64,000 bases of DNA. It comes from Gammaproteobacteria bacterium. Its GTDB lineage: Bacteria; Pseudomonadota; Gammaproteobacteria; Eutrophobiales; Eutrophobiaceae. The DNA lies in the NCBI GenBank assembly GCA_965240365.1, contig OZ251218.1, positions 258,689 to 322,688 of the forward strand, written 5' to 3'. Positions 62,200 to 64,000 of the stretch are shown here, one piece after another (the stretch's first letter is position 1; every line of letters begins with the position of its first letter). The notes beneath the pieces are model-generated. The model did no database searches. It worked only from the letters and a program-made list of their open reading frames with translations, and was not told where the DNA came from. A program made the position numbers and the translations under genes.

Positions 62200-62691
62200 G
62201 TGCGCCATATTATCTCACTGCTTCTGGAAAATGAGGCGGGCGCCCTGTCGCGGGTGGCCGGACTGTTTTCCGCGCGCGCCTTCAATATTGAATCGCTGAC
62301 CGTCGCCCCGACTGAAGACACCACGGTCTCCAGGATGACGCTGGTGACCAGCGGTTCGGACGAGATCATCGAGCAGATCACCAAGCAGCTTAATAAGCTG
62401 GTGGATGTGGTCAAGGTGGTTGACCTCAACGATTACCGCCATATTGAGCGCGAGTTGCTGCTGATTAAACTGTCCGCCAGGAAGGAAGAGCGGGCCGAGA
62501 TCAAGCGTCTCGCGGAGATCTTTCGCGGCCGCATCATTGATGTCACGGAAAACGCCTATATGCTGGAACTGACCGGCGCCGGGGCCAAACTGGACGCCTT
62601 CATCCGGGCGCTGGATGAAAGTATTATCCTTGAAGTCGCGCGCTCGGGCGTGCTGGGCATCACGCGCGGCGACAAGGCCATTCAATCCTGA
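62200..62691 (+). CDS. ilvH: acetolactate synthase small (regulatory) subunit
   Basis: N-terminal ACT domain (HIISLLLENEAGALSRVAGLFSARAFNIESL); 163 aa. Confidence 0.9.
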   Translation: MRHIISLLLENEAGALSRVAGLFSARAFNIESLTVAPTEDTTVSRMTLVTSGSDEIIEQITKQLNKLVDVVKVVDLNDYRHIERELLLIKLSARKEERAEIKRLAEIFRGRIIDVTENAYMLELTGAGAKLDAFIRALDESIILEVARSGVLGITRGDKAIQS

Positions 62692-63732
<1,041 letters not shown>

Positions 63733-63849
63733 GACAGAGCTTAGCAGGGCAAGGGCAAGGCCGGTGTCGCAAGGCAAGGCGAAAAAACGCGGCGCGGCGG
63801 CCGCGGCCGCGTTCAAGCCCGCCCTGAGCCCCTTGCCTGTCCGCCATTG

Positions 63850-64000
63850 ATGCCCTCCAACCGTTACCCGATCATCGCCCGCGAGGCCTGGCCGCTGCTC
63901 TTGCTGTTGTCGGTGCTGGCCGTGCTGGCGCAATTTCTGGCGGGGCCGGCGGCATTTCTTGTCCTGGTTTTGCTGCTGATGGCGGCTGTTTTTCTGTTTC
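63850..64000 (+). CDS. psd: short-type phosphatidylserine decarboxylase-related protein, N-terminal fragment; runs off the window end
   Basis: N-terminus MPSNRYPIIAREAWPLLLLL... resembles archaeal/short-type Psd proenzymes, which follow ilvC in many beta- and gammaproteobacteria. It is absent from the ORF track because it is truncated. Confidence 0.45.
   Translation, partial: MPSNRYPIIAREAWPLLLLLSVLAVLAQFLAGPAAFLVLVLLLMAAVFLF

Overview
This is a 64 kb high-GC (about 60%) proteobacterial chromosomal segment, read by eye and using the supplied ORF track. It mixes conserved housekeeping genes with accessory and mobile material and is unusually rich in small repeats. The housekeeping set is proXVW, hom-thrC, recJ, ssb, bepA, lptM-lysA, rhlB/trxA/rho, nth, proS, ilvBHC and psd. 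The most notable content is a nitrogen/amine island at about 3.0-22.2 kb. It carries two paralogous, differently ordered modules. Each has a glutamine-synthetase-like (GmaS/GlnT/PuuA-type) gamma-glutamyl ligase plus a glutamate-synthase large subunit split into three proteins: a class-II amidotransferase, a GXGXG domain and an FMN domain (MgsABC/GlxBCD-like). Around them sit an Amt transporter, a SoxB/PuuB-like FAD oxidase, a PuuR-like HTH-cupin regulator, an embedded solo LuxR/GerE regulator, and two tandem class-I amidotransferase-like (PuuD-like) proteins separated by a 60-aa membrane protein. An AT-richer orphan HTH-fused N6-adenine DNA methyltransferase is inserted inside this island. Further along are four type II/IV toxin-antitoxin loci: BrnTA, Xre-RES, Phd-VapC, and AbiEi-AbiEii in which the toxin is frameshifted and carries a C-terminal WYL-like domain. 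There is also a decayed IS630-family transposase, an AT-rich two-gene cassette of unknown function, an orphan RnfE-like gene next to nth, and a tandem-FHA protein. At least four small-repeat families are present: a TTAA-flanked MITE of about 150 bp, a TIR-bearing 'gtcattccagcgaaagctggaat' MITE family, a mobile 21-bp palindrome CCTGCCTGCWGCAGGCAGG, and a 33-bp unit. They occupy most intergenic regions; one copy sits in frame inside a CDS and one is nested inside another MITE. No rRNA, tRNA or CRISPR array was recognised. All protein identities come from motif recognition by eye; no database searches were run.
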